Positions 62,073 through 64,000 of a DNA stretch of 64,000 nucleotides are shown piece by piece. Position numbers and translations under genes: made by a program. Below the pieces are notes generated by a model. It was not told where the DNA came from and did no database searches. It saw only the letters and a list, made by a program, of their open reading frames with translations. The stretch comes from Bacillales bacterium UBA6380 (GTDB lineage: Bacteria; Bacillota_I; Bacilli_A; RFN20; CAG-826), in contig DJQS01000011.1 in the NCBI GenBank assembly GCA_002438785.1, positions 27,996 through 91,995 on the forward strand, in the 5' to 3' direction. How positions within the stretch are numbered: the first letter of the stretch is position 1; every line of letters starts with the position of its first letter.

Positions 62073-63804
62073 GAGACTGCTCCTTATTTTGTGAATTATA
62101 AATTTCTTTATAAATTTTTGAACTATTCAGTAATTCACTATGTCTACCAATAGCGTCAATTTTTCCATTATCAATAACAATTATTTTGTCAGCTTTCATA
62201 ATACTTGATGTGCGTTGAGAAACAATAATCGTTGTTAAATCTTTTATTTTAGAAATATTATCCCTTACTTTAAAATCAGTTAAATAATCTAATGCACTAG
62301 TAGAATCATCAAGTATAAGTGTTTCACTATTTTTTATTAAGGATCGTGCAATACACAAACGTTGCTTTTGTCCACCACTAAAATTTTTGCCACCTTCTAA
62401 TACTTTATGATCAATAAAATCATCGTATTTTCTTACAAAACCATAAGCTTCAGAGTCTTTTAAAGCCTTTATTATTTCTTCATCACTTGCATCTCTTTTT
62501 CCAATTAATAAATTAGATTTTATTGTTCCATTAAATAAAACATTATATTGATTAACCAAAGAAATTTCATCTCTTAAACATCTTAAATCATAATCTTTAA
62601 TATCATAGCCTTTATATAAGATTTTACCATCGCTAGCATCAAAAAATCTCTCAATAAGTTTAATTATTGATGTCTTTCCACTTCCTGTACCACCTATAAT
62701 ACCAATAGTTTCACCTTTATTTATTTTGAAATCTATATTCGAGATGACATTATTACTAGAATCGTTATATCTAAAACTTACATTTTTAAATTCAATCAAT
62801 GGTTCACCTTTATTTATTTTTAAATTTTTAAGTGCATCATCTTTAATTTTAGGTTCATTCATAATTAAAACATTATCAATTCTTTTTTTGCTTGAAATAG
62901 CTTTTGTAAAAATTACTACTAAATTAGTAACAACAATCAAAGCCATAAAAATTTGATTTAAATATGAAATTAATGCAACCACATCACCATCTGTTAAATC
63001 TCCTTTATAAATCAAATTTCCACCAAAATAAATAATTAAAACAATCCCTATATCAACGATTAATAATGTTAATGGATTTACTAATGCATTAATAAAATTT
63101 GCTTTCTTTGTTTCTTTAAAATAGTCAAATGAAAGACTATCAAATTTTGATTTTGTTTCTTCTTGCTTATTAAACGCTCTAATTACTCTACTTCCTTCAA
63201 GCGAATCATTACTAAAAGTGACTAATTTATCTACAGTATTTTGAACTTTTAAATATTGCTTACTATTTAAAGCCATTATTAAAGACAAAATAATTAATAT
63301 AATTGGAATTATAATTAAAAAAATAAGGCCGACTTTAATATTAATAATAAATGAACATATCAAGGAGCCAATGACTAATATTGGTGCTCTAATAACAAGG
63401 CGAATAAGCATAGCAATACCAACTTGCAATCTATTTGTATCGTTATTAATTAAATTAATTAAATTTGCTTTGCCGATAAGTTCAATATCACTCAACGATA
63501 ATTTACTCACTTTTTCATAAATTCTATTTCTTAAATCGGTCCCAAAGCCTTGAGAAGAAATGCTAGCAAAATATTGGCAAATAAATGTAGAACATAGTCC
63601 TAATATACAAAATAATAAAATAATAATTCCAGGAATTAGAATATGATATATGTTTCCATTTTTAGCATAATTGATTCCTTCATTAATAATATATTTCATT
63701 AAGAAAGGGATTATTAATTCAAAAATAACCTCTATAACTTTAAAAATAGGCCCTAATATTAATTCTTTTTTGTAATTTCTAAGCGAATAAAAACTTTTTT
63801 TCAT
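62065..63804 (-). CDS. ABC exporter, fused permease/ATPase half-transporter, partner A (probable heterodimer with the downstream gene)
   Basis: Six TM helices then an NBD: Walker A GGTGSGKTS, signature FSGGQKQR, Walker B LILDDSTS. 8-nt overlap with the partner gene. Confidence 0.85.
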   Translation of the reverse strand: MKKSFYSLRNYKKELILGPIFKVIEVIFELIIPFLMKYIINEGINYAKNGNIYHILIPGIIILLFCILGLCSTFICQYFASISSQGFGTDLRNRIYEKVSKLSLSDIELIGKANLINLINNDTNRLQVGIAMLIRLVIRAPILVIGSLICSFIINIKVGLIFLIIIPIILIILSLIMALNSKQYLKVQNTVDKLVTFSNDSLEGSRVIRAFNKQEETKSKFDSLSFDYFKETKKANFINALVNPLTLLIVDIGIVLIIYFGGNLIYKGDLTDGDVVALISYLNQIFMALIVVTNLVVIFTKAISSKKRIDNVLIMNEPKIKDDALKNLKINKGEPLIEFKNVSFRYNDSSNNVISNIDFKINKGETIGIIGGTGSGKTSIIKLIERFFDASDGKILYKGYDIKDYDLRCLRDEISLVNQYNVLFNGTIKSNLLIGKRDASDEEIIKALKDSEAYGFVRKYDDFIDHKVLEGGKNFSGGQKQRLCIARSLIKNSETLILDDSTSALDYLTDFKVRDNISKIKDLTTIIVSQRTSSIMKADKIIVIDNGKIDAIGRHSELLNSSKIYKEIYNSQNKEQSHE

Positions 63805-63817
63805 ATTTTAAGTTAAA

Positions 63818-63850
63818 ATAAAAAACTCTATTTTATTATAGAGTTTTTTA
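63818..63850 (-). terminator. Rho-independent terminator downstream of rpsO
   Basis: AAAAACTCTAT-tttatt-ATAGAGTTTTT, a perfect 11-bp stem. Confidence 0.75.
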
Positions 63851-63866
63851 TAATTAATTTCCTTAA

Positions 63867-64000
63867 TTATTTTCTTAATCCGAGTTGACCGATTAATTTA
63901 GCATAAGCTTCACGGTTAGTTCTTTCAAGATAAGCTAATAAAGATTTTCTTTTACCGACAAGAATTAATAATCCACGTCTAGCACTATTATCTTTATCGT
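63867..64000 (-). CDS. rpsO: 30S ribosomal protein S15, 3' portion (the gene continues beyond the window end)
   Basis: Manual minus-strand translation ...[43 protein letters not shown]-stop matches the S15 C-terminus. Confidence 0.8.
   Translation of the reverse strand, partial: DKDNSARRGLLILVGKRKSLLAYLERTNREAYAKLIGQLGLRK

Overview
The window is 64 kb of a very AT-rich (~26% GC) low-GC Gram-positive or Mollicutes-like chromosome. It uses the standard genetic code: long ORFs are uninterrupted and Trp is encoded by TGG, so it is not Mycoplasma or Spiroplasma and looks more like Acholeplasmatales or Erysipelotrichia. It is a densely packed core housekeeping region, mostly on the minus strand. 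Gene order follows a compacted version of the Bacillus subtilis sigA-dnaG...era-ybeY...dnaJ-dnaK-grpE-hrcA-hemW-lepA...rpsT-holA-comEC-comEA and alaS-ruvX-yrzB neighbourhoods. Named genes include plsY, efp, rpmG, ispG, nfo, a DEAD-box helicase, ispH, nif3, trmK, rpoD, dnaG, glyQS, recO, era, cdd, ybeY, rpsU, deoC, rpmF, mtaB, rsmE, dnaJ, dnaK, grpE, hrcA, hemW, lepA, fmt, rpsT, holA, comEC, comEA, greA, ruvX, alaS, an NCS2 purine permease, mnmA, dtd, rarA, pdp, an rsmB/F-like methyltransferase, plsC, a pullulanase, ftsK, an RNase J paralog, pnp, two ABC exporter half-transporters and the 3' end of rpsO. There are no rRNA or tRNA genes, no CRISPR array and no IS element. Regulatory RNA and DNA elements found: a T-box leader for alaS, two tandem CIRCE operators with a sigma-A promoter in front of hrcA, and several rho-independent terminators. 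The most unusual signal is an identical 15-nt core (TACGACTTGTATATA on the coding strand) inside covarying hairpins that enclose the ribosome-binding sites of comEA and of an ABC-less C39-peptidase membrane protein. This suggests a shared, undescribed cis-regulatory element linking DNA uptake to a peptide-processing protease. Other notable items are a catalytically degenerate RNase J paralog, a degenerate Fic-domain protein, a PD-(D/E)xK nuclease fused to a DinG/XPD helicase in the priA position, and a higher-GC lone amine dehydrogenase gene next to a 470-nt ORF-free region.
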